DNA of 64,000 nt from Saccostrea cucullata (Eukaryota). The stretch is taken from positions 1 through 64,000 of the forward strand of contig NW_026930195.1 of NCBI RefSeq assembly GCF_032062105.1, in the 5' to 3' direction. How positions within the stretch are numbered: the first letter of the stretch is position 1; each line of letters starts with the position of its first letter. The notes beneath the pieces are model-generated. The model did not search any database, was not told the DNA's origin, and saw only the letters and a list, made by a program, of their open reading frames with translations. Positions 34,547-44,447 of this stretch are shown piece by piece. Made by a program: the position numbers and the translations under genes.

Positions 34547-35020
34547 TTAATTTGATGAACGTGTTCTGTTCATAGAAAATCCGATTCTTGATAAATTCTG
34601 CCATTGATGGATATTTACAAGAGGAACGCAAATGTCATTTTCAGTTGGATAATCATCCTGACATTTCTTTAATTCTATTCCCATACCATCTTTTGAAACA
34701 CAGGTTCTCAAAAAAACATTAACAGGGAATTGTGACTGTTCCTTAGGGTGACAGGTTTTGTTCTGGCGCAACTTTTCAAACTTCCCTATTGCACTATTTG
34801 ACATGGTTAGAGATCTTCTGTTTGACTCTTTAGACAAGTTAACAACTACAGAAGTCAAAAACAGGACGATAAGAATCGTCATACCAAATAATTTAGTAGC
34901 TGCAATGGAACTTTTTAACCTGTCTTTAGATGTTGCTGAGAGGGTTTTATTATAATTCTTTATAATGTCATCTACAAATGGAGCAAATTCCTTTTCCGAA
35001 ATAGCAACAACCTCAGTCAT
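34547..35020 (-). CDS. Single-pass (type II-like) membrane protein with a Cys-containing, PC4-like C-terminal domain
   Basis: Hydrophobic LFGMTILIVLFLTSVVV; four Cys and four NxS/T sequons after the TM; NVFL...IEL...PT...N..QW..L pattern. Confidence 0.7.
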   Translation of the reverse strand: MTEVVAISEKEFAPFVDDIIKNYNKTLSATSKDRLKSSIAATKLFGMTILIVLFLTSVVVNLSKESNRRSLTMSNSAIGKFEKLRQNKTCHPKEQSQFPVNVFLRTCVSKDGMGIELKKCQDDYPTENDICVPLVNIHQWQNLSRIGFSMNRTRSSN

Positions 35021-35107
35021 CTTTGTATTCTTTTTAAATAACCCATTTTTTGAATTCTTAACACTTATATATGAAAATGTTTAAATTGTTTGCATCTGAA
35101 TAACTCT

Positions 35108-36118
35108 TCAAAAGTCAAATCCAATGCAAATGTCCTCTTTTTCAGAGTCGTTGTCATCAATATTGAGGGATGATATCTCCTGTTCAGAATCGTCTGCGTT
35201 ACATTCCATTGAAAGAGATTTCGATTCTTTTGGAAAGGGGGTGCATTCTGGGCATGAAAGCATTCCCTCTTGGTTCTGATGGGATTCACTAAACATACAA
35301 AGTTCTACATTGTTTAGTTCAGGGACATAATCATGAAGCTCTTGTAAAGCAGCTTTTAATCGAGCAAACATTGTCTTGTTAAGACATACTCCTTTCTTGG
35401 TAGGTATTGGACTTTCAACGCTCTCTGGTTTCCAATAATGTCTTACATCAACTGTAGCAAACTTTGGTGTTAAGGAAACAAATACACCTCCTCCAATATG
35501 CCATTGTATTTCCGCAGACTGTCTCCAGTAAGTTTGGAGATAGGTGTCAATCTCCTCAATTAATGATTCAAATTTCACCCAGCGCCCTAGGTTAAACGTG
35601 GCTCCTCTTTTTGATGGGAACATTCCTCCATTATTCTCTATGAAATGACGTAAATGGATAATAATATCACCTCTGTAAACTGTGGCCGTCAGGAAAACGT
35701 TATTTTTTTCATCCAAATTTATCTTACATCTTGTTTCTGTTTGCTCTTTTCTTTGATGCGGAGTGTTTGTTCCTTTTTTGACATCAATTATTAGTGATCG
35801 AGCTGAAGCTAACTTCTTTTCGTATTCTGTCAATGTGCTGTCGTCATAATCATTCAGTAGGAGTTTTGATAAATTAAGATGCCCCGATTTCATAAGTGCC
35901 TTGTGCAAACCTGTGAAAGCTTTGGGTCCTCTCCGTAAAATGATGCTTATCAATTTTCTATTTTGTTCGTTGTTAGTTCTCTGTGAGCTTATGGTTTCTC
36001 TCATGTCTTCTGTAATAATCCCGTCTTCATAGAGTCGCTGTGCCACCCAAGTTGCAGTCATATTTTTTACCAGAAGTGAGTAGTTTTTTTTAATGATTTC
36101 TTTGTGCTTGTCATCCAT
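35108..36118 (-). CDS. CARD-PC4-PC4 fusion with C-terminal C/H/CxxC motif
   Basis: Residues 1-87 fit a CARD (L...GIIT.DM.E.I....T..EQ.RKL..I..RRGPKAF..L..AL...G...L..LL). Two PC4-like units (IHLRHF...PSKRG..F....W and VDVRHYW...PTKKGVCL); CMFSESHQNQEG...CPEC. Confidence 0.85.
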   Translation of the reverse strand: MDDKHKEIIKKNYSLLVKNMTATWVAQRLYEDGIITEDMRETISSQRTNNEQNRKLISIILRRGPKAFTGLHKALMKSGHLNLSKLLLNDYDDSTLTEYEKKLASARSLIIDVKKGTNTPHQRKEQTETRCKINLDEKNNVFLTATVYRGDIIIHLRHFIENNGGMFPSKRGATFNLGRWVKFESLIEEIDTYLQTYWRQSAEIQWHIGGGVFVSLTPKFATVDVRHYWKPESVESPIPTKKGVCLNKTMFARLKAALQELHDYVPELNNVELCMFSESHQNQEGMLSCPECTPFPKESKSLSMECNADDSEQEISSLNIDDNDSEKEDICIGFDF

Positions 36119-36189
36119 TCTGACAGGTGTAGACTACTTTTTGCAACAAATGAAAATTCAGTTTCAATTTCTCCTTAAATAGTAGAATT

Positions 36190-36453
36190 TAGTAGGTCAG
36201 GTCATCTAAATAGGTCATGTATCCTGAGGAAAAAGGTCGACCTAATAATTCGCAATTGAGGTCATGACCTGATTCATTATTTGACCTGACCTACTTAAGT
36301 GACCTAAGCCTCCGTGTTTTGACCTACTTAGGTGCCTATGACCTCGGTGACTAGTGTTGACCTGACCTACTTTGGTGACCTTGACCTCAGTGACCTGACC
36401 TTGACCTCATTTTGGCTTTAGAAAAGTGAGTGTCAGGTATACCCTATGCTGCT
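36190..36453. promoter_or_regulatory. Polinton right terminal region with a TGACCT/AGGTCA array
   Basis: More than a dozen TGACCT/AGGTCA hexamers; terminus reads 5'-AGCAGCATAGGG on the minus strand. Confidence 0.7.
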
Positions 36454-37486
36454 CAAAAGACAGTCTTAACAGTATCCATAATCAAGTCAAAAGACTGCCT
36501 TAACAGCATCCATAATCAAGTCAAAAGACTGTCTTAACAGTATCCATAATCAAGTCAAAAGACTGGGGGAGATGTAATTTTCCAATTCTTTGCAATCTGA
36601 TTTAACTGTAATTTCAGTCTTGCCAACTGCCTCATTCTCTGTGATATATTGCGAGTCCTTCTTGGCCCCAACTGATTTATGAGGATTTTCCCAGACACGA
36701 GGATCAATTTGTCACTGACAACAGCATCATAGATCTCGTCTTGCCTCATTTTGGTTAGTATCGTGTCTTTGATTTCTGCTGGAATGTCGTCATTAGATGG
36801 CATGGGTTCCAAGCTTCCACCAAGAAGCAACCTAGCAATGATTCCCTCTTGATGACTGGCATCATTCCAAAGGCAACTTCTTGCATGTCGCCATGATTCT
36901 TTTTTTAAAGAAAAAGCCGAAGGAGTATACACATGGCAGATAGTTTTTGTCAAATGACTTCCTTTGCTTGACCTTTGACATACTATTAAGGAATTTAAAA
37001 CCTTTAAATTATACTTGAGATTTCCTACATTTTTAAACTTGTCCAGGTGTTTCTTCTATTCTTGTTTTGATATTTTTTACAATGTCTCTGCTACATGTTT
37101 TTCTTTTCCATGTTTTTTTTTATTCTTTGACGCAAAACTTTCAAACAGTGATAGCATGATAATGTTTTATTGTAGCGTCTTTTTCCAACTGGTTTAAGGA
37201 TCGTCTTCACTCGAACTAAAATAATATTTTATCTTTGATTATAGCATGGTTAAAGCTTTTTGTGAATGGAAAATACTGTTTTACATACAAAGAAACCACA
37301 GCATCTCCTTAATTAAAACCCACTGTGCATGGACAAAAGATGCACACCAGAGACAAATTTATCTTCCCTCGTAATTAATATACAAATAAATGAAATCTAT
37401 AGAAAAAATTCGATAATCTGTGTTTTATCTGGTGTTGTATTGTATATTTAACAAGACAGACTGCGATCGTCGTTAGTAATAATTAT
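36454..37486. repeat. Near-identical segmental duplicate of 42114-43146
   Basis: Identical ORF translations (36555/42215 and 37015/42675); the copies diverge after CGTTAGTAATAATTATA. Confidence 0.95.
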
Positions 37487-38761
37487 ACGGAAAGCGGAAC
37501 GGAACGGAAAACGGAATTTTTTGTCAAACAAATAACATATAGATTCGATATAAATCAGATAAAAGAGCAATATTATTGTTGTAAAGGTCATTTCTAATAA
37601 AAATTTATTATAGACTTTTACATATTCATGAGTTATACACACCCTCCGTGGAAAAAATTATACTGAAAGAAATTCGACCCCCCTCCCCCTTCCGACACGA
37701 ATTAGGATTATCGTATTTAGGCAAAGGCATATCCCCCTTTTTTCGCTTGTCAAATTTGTTGTATGTTGGAAATTATTTACTGACCCCCTCACCTCTCTTT
37801 CTATTTGTTTCCAATATCAATGTTTTTTTTAGACAAAAATAACTAGCTATGATATTCAGATTATGCACGCAGTGTCGAATTCACGATTCATGAAAGGGGG
37901 AGTGGCAGTTTCGGGTCAGTGTAGGGGCCCACAGGCACATTAAAAATTGATTTATTAAACCTAACATAAAAAGAGGGGCAGATCGATTACAACTTTTCGG
38001 ACCTTTCCGATGAGCGGGAAAACAAACTCATTTTTTACGGGGTTATTGATTTACACCCCCCTACACACATATGTGACGCAAACAAACAAAATTTAACTTC
38101 ATTGAATGCAAAGATTCTGCATTATATATCTACCACATGGAAGTTTTCCAACTTTCTGTCTCCAGAATTTAAATAATTATATAGAAAGCAACTCCATTTT
38201 GAATAAAATCTTAACAACCAGTGTGTATAAGAGATGTTTATTCGAGCTTGTTGTAAAGGTTTGCCCAAACCGTAATCTTAATAATTATTCTAAACATTTT
38301 ATTTCCCTGTCCATGGTTCTTCTAGATATCAAATATTTGCCCCCCCCCCCCCCCCCGTCATAACCTTTTTACTACGGAATTGTTCGTTCAAGTTGACATC
38401 GTTAAATTTTTTGTGAATGTAAATTAATGTAGTAGTTACTGTAGTCTGAAAGATGTTAGAGTTGAAACTTATTCCCCCAACCGAATCAAACAATTGTTTT
38501 CTTTTTGTGTTTGCTTGTCAAATACTTTAAGAGTTCGTTTACCCCCCCCCCTTTTCAAATTCGATTCTAGGTGACTGATATGTTTGTAAATAAAAGACTG
38601 AGCATGGCAATATCAACTTGTATTTAATAGTGGTGAATTGAATGTGTACAAGATATAGCATTTATGATAAAATTTGTATATTTTAAGTGATTTAATCCAA
38701 AAAATTATATATTCCGTTTTCCGTTCCGTTCCGTTTTCCGCTCCGCGTTTTAGCAACACCC
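37487..38761. mobile_element. Non-autonomous TIR element, left terminus truncated
   Basis: (CGGAA)n at left, (TTCCG)n-CGCGTTTTAGCAACACCC at right; same family as 1-278. Confidence 0.7.
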
Positions 38762-38879
38762 GGTTTAAATATATATGCAAACCTACTAAGCCCCTCATCT
38801 GCCGCCAATAACAGACTCCCCACTTTTGCAATTTCAATAGCTGCATCATGCTGCCTGTAAAAGCTTTTGTGGGTGTTAA

Positions 38880-39268
38880 GGACAGATGATACAAACAAAT
38901 AAATGGATGCCAGAATTGGTATTTCTTTTTTGGCTTAATTTCATTGAAAATGATGCAAATAATATATTTCTAGAATAAAAAAAAAATTATAAACCTTCTA
39001 TGATGTTCAAATGTCTGCCTCTGAAACCATCCTTATTACAAATATTTTTCACTTCAAATTCAACTTTTGTGAAAATTTGACTTCATATTTAAAAACTACG
39101 AACTTAAACTTGTTCAGTTTATTATATTTTTCACTTCAAATTCAATTTTGGTGAAAATTTGACTTCAAATTTAAAAAACTACGCAGTTAAACTTGTTCAG
39201 TTTATTCATTAAAGCATGGCTCAAGTCGTTATATTTAAGTTTTTGACAAAAGTTTGTATCATCTGTCC
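38880..39268. mobile_element. MITE with TTAA TSD inserted in the recombinase catalytic exon
   Basis: TTAA-GGACAGATGATACAAAC...GTTTGTATCATCTGTCC-TTAA; removal gives in-frame HDINTHKSFYR. Confidence 0.9.
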
Positions 39269-40627
39269 TTAATATCATGAGCTAGATGACTGGAGTGCCA
39301 TTTTAGCTCATGATCTTCCATGTGCATCAATTGTGAGATGATAGCAATGCATTTCCTTAACCGGGTTGATGAAATAAGCTTAGGCTGTTGACATCCTGCT
39401 AGCTTTGCCTGTTTATTTGGCTTGCCATGCATTGATGTTCTCCAAGCTATTTTGGCTGGCAAAAATGTAGGGATTCAACTTCACATGCTTCTCTGAACTT
39501 TTCCCCCGAGAGAATGTCCAATGCTCGGACCATTTTTTTCTGTCAAAAAATTGGACCTTTCTTTCTTTTTGCCTTCAGTTTCTACCATCTGCAACCTGTA
39601 ATAATTAATGAATTTTATATTTGTAATATTTTGAATTTAAATCTATAGTTAACAAACAAAAACGTAAAAAAAGAAATTAAATTGGTAACAATATTTATGC
39701 ATTATACTTGTGAACACACCTTTTTTAATATCTTTTAAAGTTTTCTGATTACTGTACGCCAAGTTTATATTTCATACTAGTGGCAAATTCTTGTCCAGCA
39801 TATGGAAATTGCTTGAAGAACTATAGGCGGTATTTTGCATAATTTTGTCCCCCAAAAAGTAATATTTTGAAAATTTCTTGGAATGTGTTGAATTATATAA
39901 ATTTTATGAGAAATATGAATTAATAAAACATATAGTTTCAAAGAAAGTTATTGACAATTTTTATGACGTCACAAACTAAGTGGATTTTGTATTATACTTC
40001 CTAAAGGGGACCAAATTTAAATAATTTGAGCTATAATATTTATAGAGCGCAGGCCTGCTCAAGAACAATATTTATACATGTCATTGATATTATCATTTTA
40101 CACATTATATTAAAATATTGAGCTTGATCAGACATGCGCTCGGTGACTTCTTCAGAATAATGACGTTAATTATACCTTTTTTCTGTAGAAATCATGGTAA
40201 TATGAAATTTGTCATTTTCCTGACAACATATCAATTATATATATGACATCATTGCTTATAAAAAAAAATCAGTGCTTTGCAGTCTGCAGATTCCCAGTTT
40301 TAGAACATAATATATTTCTCCGTGAAAGTTTGATTTTGAGGGCAAATATTGGTCATTACTGAATAAATTCCTTTATATATATATACATGTAGCCTTTGCC
40401 CCTTAACTGAAACTAAAATAAATTACCTTGTCAGTAGCTGTTTTTCTACAGGTTTCGGCACACCATATACAACTTTATTAACGCTTTGTTTCCAATTAGG
40501 TCTACTTTCATAGGTGACTTTCAGAAGCTTCGATACCTTGCTGCCTCTTCTGTTATTGAATAAAATAACACGGACTAAGGTCACCTCTGCCAAAGTCCTC
40601 CTTGCAGTAATTTCGCAGGTACGATAA

Positions 40628-41488
40628 GGCTTCCCAGAGAATATTGTAGTGTACTCTCTGCATGAACTTCTCTGAACTACAAATGTATGACGTCATAATT
40701 GAAAATGACGTCAAGTCACTGCATACTTGAGCTGTAATGATGGGGAGAATGTCATAAACTTTACAACTTATTTCAATCTGCATGTAAAGTTGCGTAATTC
40801 TAGTTTAAAATGAACGTGATTTTATCATTTTTTCTAAGTGTAATATATCCGATTAATATAGATAACCTAGCTTGTTTAAGAGTCAGCGTGTTCAAACTTC
40901 GTACGAAAATATACGTTTGACATTTACCCTTTTTTATACCCGTGGACAGAGGCAGAATTCAAAATATGTGTGTAAAAGAGCCTGGCGCAGGTTGTAAATG
41001 AGGATTTATTTAATATCTTTTGTGGAATTATGTAAGAAGAGTTCCCCTCTAACTGAATCTTGCTTGGGAAAAATGAATGATGGCTTTGTTTTAAAACAGT
41101 TGACGATATTGGGCGGAAAATACCTTCAGATTTGTCGGTAAGATGAAGTGAATCTGAAATAAATTGTTCCAAAGAAATAGTATAACATTTCCCAAGCACA
41201 TTTCGGTTTCACAAGGATGCAACGAGTTTATTTATGTGACAAAAATTTATAAAAATTGTGTTAACAACCTGCGCCGAAGCGAATTATTTGAAACATTTCA
41301 AAAAAGAAGAAATGATCGTCACGTGATCAACAAGGTCATGTGACATCGTAACAAATATGTTTATATATAGCATAGGGGATCCTTTATATGAATTTGGCGC
41401 ACTAAAGTACATAACTTAAAAATAAAACTAAAAATCAACTTGGCAATGCAGTGTAACGTTTTAAATGCATTTTAAGCTCCGGGTAGCC
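40628..41488. mobile_element. Older TTAA-type MITE within the recombinase gene
   Basis: (A)TAA-GGCTTCCCAGAG...CTCCGGGTAGCC-TTAA, imperfect TIR. Confidence 0.55.
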
Positions 41489-41835
41489 TTAACAGTACTG
41501 CGTTCTGGACTCATCTCTACCCCTTTTCAATTTATGTTTCTAGATGAAGTTTGAGATTTACTTAGTCGCAGGTAGTTGGCAGGACAGAAGGCTTATTAAA
41601 TTTGTTGGTCCTTAATGATGGCAGAGCAATTGAGGATATTGAGGTTGTCCATTCAGCTGAATGCAGTTGAAGAAAGTCATCTGCACTTTTCTTAACCAAT
41701 GTGTCGTTTTTCCTCAAAGCTACTCCTCGTAGAATTTCCGCAGCTTTAACAAGATTGTAGCCGATGGTTATTGCAAACGAAGGGATTTTGAAGATGGAAA
41801 TCTGCTGTTCAATTCTGGCTAAACCAGGAAATTGC

Positions 41836-42224
41836 TTAACAGCATCCATAATCAAGTCAAAAGACTGCCTTAACAGCATCCATAATCAAGTCAAAAGACT
41901 GCCTTAAGACAAAAGACTGCCTTAACAGCATCCATAATCAAGTCAAAAGACTGCCTTAACAGCATCCATAATCAAGACAAAAGACTGCCTTAACAGCATC
42001 CATAATCAAGTCAAAAGACTGTCTTAACAGCATCCATAATCAAGTCAAAAGACTGCCTTAACAGCATCCATAATCAAGTCAAAAGACTGCCTTAGCAGCA
42101 TCCATAATCAAGTCAAAAGACAGTCTTAACAGTATCCATAATCAAGTCAAAAGACTGCCTTAACAGCATCCATAATCAAGTCAAAAGACTGTCTTAACAG
42201 TATCCATAATCAAGTCAAAAGACT
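41836..42224. repeat. 34-bp minisatellite expanded from coding sequence (about 11 units)
   Basis: Unit CTTAACAGCATCCATAATCAAGTCAAAAGACTGC, which encodes QSFDLIMDAVK on the minus strand; three units also at 36454-36564. Confidence 0.95.
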
Positions 42225-44447
42225 GGGGGAGATGTAATTTTCCAATTCTTTGCAATCTGATTTAACTGTAATTTCAGTCTTGCCAACTGCCTCATTCTCT
42301 GTGATATATTGCGAGTCCTTCTTGGCCCCAACTGATTTATGAGGATTTTCCCAGACACGAGGATCAATTTGTCACTGACAACAGCATCATAGATCTCGTC
42401 TTGCCTCATTTTGGTTAGTATCGTGTCTTTGATTTCTGCTGGAATGTCGTCATTAGATGGCATGGGTTCCAAGCTTCCACCAAGAAGCAACCTAGCAATG
42501 ATTCCCTCTTGATGACTGGCATCATTCCAAAGGCAACTTCTTGCATGTCGCCATGATTCTTTTTTTAAAGAAAAAGCCGAAGGAGTATACACATGGCAGA
42601 TAGTTTTTGTCAAATGACTTCCTTTGCTTGACCTTTGACATACTATTAAGGAATTTAAAACCTTTAAATTATACTTGAGATTTCCTACATTTTTAAACTT
42701 GTCCAGGTGTTTCTTCTATTCTTGTTTTGATATTTTTTACAATGTCTCTGCTACATGTTTTTCTTTTCCATGTTTTTTTTTATTCTTTGACGCAAAACTT
42801 TCAAACAGTGATAGCATGATAATGTTTTATTGTAGCGTCTTTTTCCAACTGGTTTAAGGATCGTCTTCACTCGAACTAAAATAATATTTTATCTTTGATT
42901 ATAGCATGGTTAAAGCTTTTTGTGAATGGAAAATACTGTTTTACATACAAAGAAACCACAGCATCTCTTTAATTAAAACCCACTGTGCATGGACAAAAGA
43001 TGCACACCAGAGACAAATTTATCTTCCCTCGTAATTAATATACAAATTAATGAAACCTATAGAAAAAATTCGATAATCTGTGTTTTATCTGGTGTTGTAT
43101 TGTATATTTAACAAGACAGACTGCGATCGTCGTTAGTAATAATTATATATAAGTACATGACAAAATATAAATCAAATCATTCCCTCCAGGATTATTTTTT
43201 CATTCTTTTAGATTTTCATTTACACAATTTATAGTCATTAAAATAACAACTTTTACTCCTAATTTTAAGAAATTTATTCCCCCTGACCAGCAAGCTATAA
43301 GTTGTTTTCGACTCCTATGAAAAATAATTTTAAAATTACCATCTAAGGTTGATAATACCTTATTCAGTCCACCAGGACCTTTTGTAGACGAGACTGCATC
43401 TGAAATTTTTAATAAGAAATACGCAACTTAATTGAGCGATTCATGTATATATGAGTTGTAACGAAATAAAAAAAGTTGTATAAATAACTATTACTCTTAA
43501 GTTTGTGTTTTCATAAATGTATGGTATAAACTATATAATCACCATTGATGCGAAACTTCTGTGCAGTTGATGTTTTGACTCATCAGTGGTTTGGGTAGGT
43601 TGTGAGACCCTAGTCTTATCTGCAGCATAATGAATAGCTTTTTTACACATTTCTATTTTGGAAAATATACTTTTAATCTAGACACAGGGACTTACCAATT
43701 TCTCTAAATAATCCGAAAAGGCCAAAGTGTGTTTTTGTGACATACCATAAATTAATGCCTTAAAAACTAAGTTAAATCATTCATCAGTGGGGTGAGGGTA
43801 TATGCGCAGCATTGTTAAGGCTTGAATTAGGGGACGGGGCCTAATTTATACGGGAAAAGTTTACTGTGACGTCACACAAAAATATGACTTTTATGTATAT
43901 ATCATAATACCTGAAAATAAAATAATTTGCAACTTTTATCTGTATTAGCATAATAAACAACAATAGAACTTGTCTATGCATTAAAAAACGTTGCTAGGTA
44001 AATCCCGTGTAGCTGGTTTTAAACAAAGCACTGATTGCGATGAACTTGTTTATATGACGTCATTTTGGTAAACATGACGTATTTCATGTACTGTGAGAGG
44101 CAGATTGAGGAATTTTTTAACAATGAAAAATGCGTTTTATAATAAAACAGAATATTATTTACAGGTTTTAAATAGTTGATTAATACCAATGTAGACACTT
44201 TGTTTAGTGCGATTATTCATTAACTTTCCAGAGAATGTATTTTATGAATTATGTCGTGTTTTTATGTACAGGATCCGGTTGTATCAATATTTAATGAATG
44301 ATTAAAGCTTCATTAAACTGATCATTTTTAATGTGTTATTAAATTACGTTGTATCAATTTTTTAATGAACGAATCGGTGCATTAAAGCCTCATTAACTTC
44401 TCTAATTTTAATGAACCCAAGAGGGCTTCTTTAAACGTTCATTAACT

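Larger units (their letters stand above)
23744..36453. mobile_element. Polinton/Maverick (adintovirus-like) endogenous virus, minimal extent; left end not visible
   Basis: pPolB, ATPase, protease, MCP, mCP and integrase all present as open frames. Right end ...CCCTATGCTGCT abuts sequence also present uninterrupted at 42114. Confidence 0.95.
38780..42613 (-). pseudogene. Decayed multi-exon tyrosine recombinase (Crypton-like) gene
   Basis: Ordered fragments: WRHARSC; ISQRMRQLARL; PSFAITIG...EWTTSISS.AL..L..NKFNKP..LP; LVRVILFNNRRG; NPYIFA; SSTRLRK...HLAHDI-NTHKSFYR...IAKV. Frameshifts and insertions throughout. Confidence 0.8.

Noticed and set aside
41836-42224. CRISPR-like 34-bp repeats
   Set aside because: Head-to-tail with no unique spacers, derived from a eukaryotic exon, and no cas genes.
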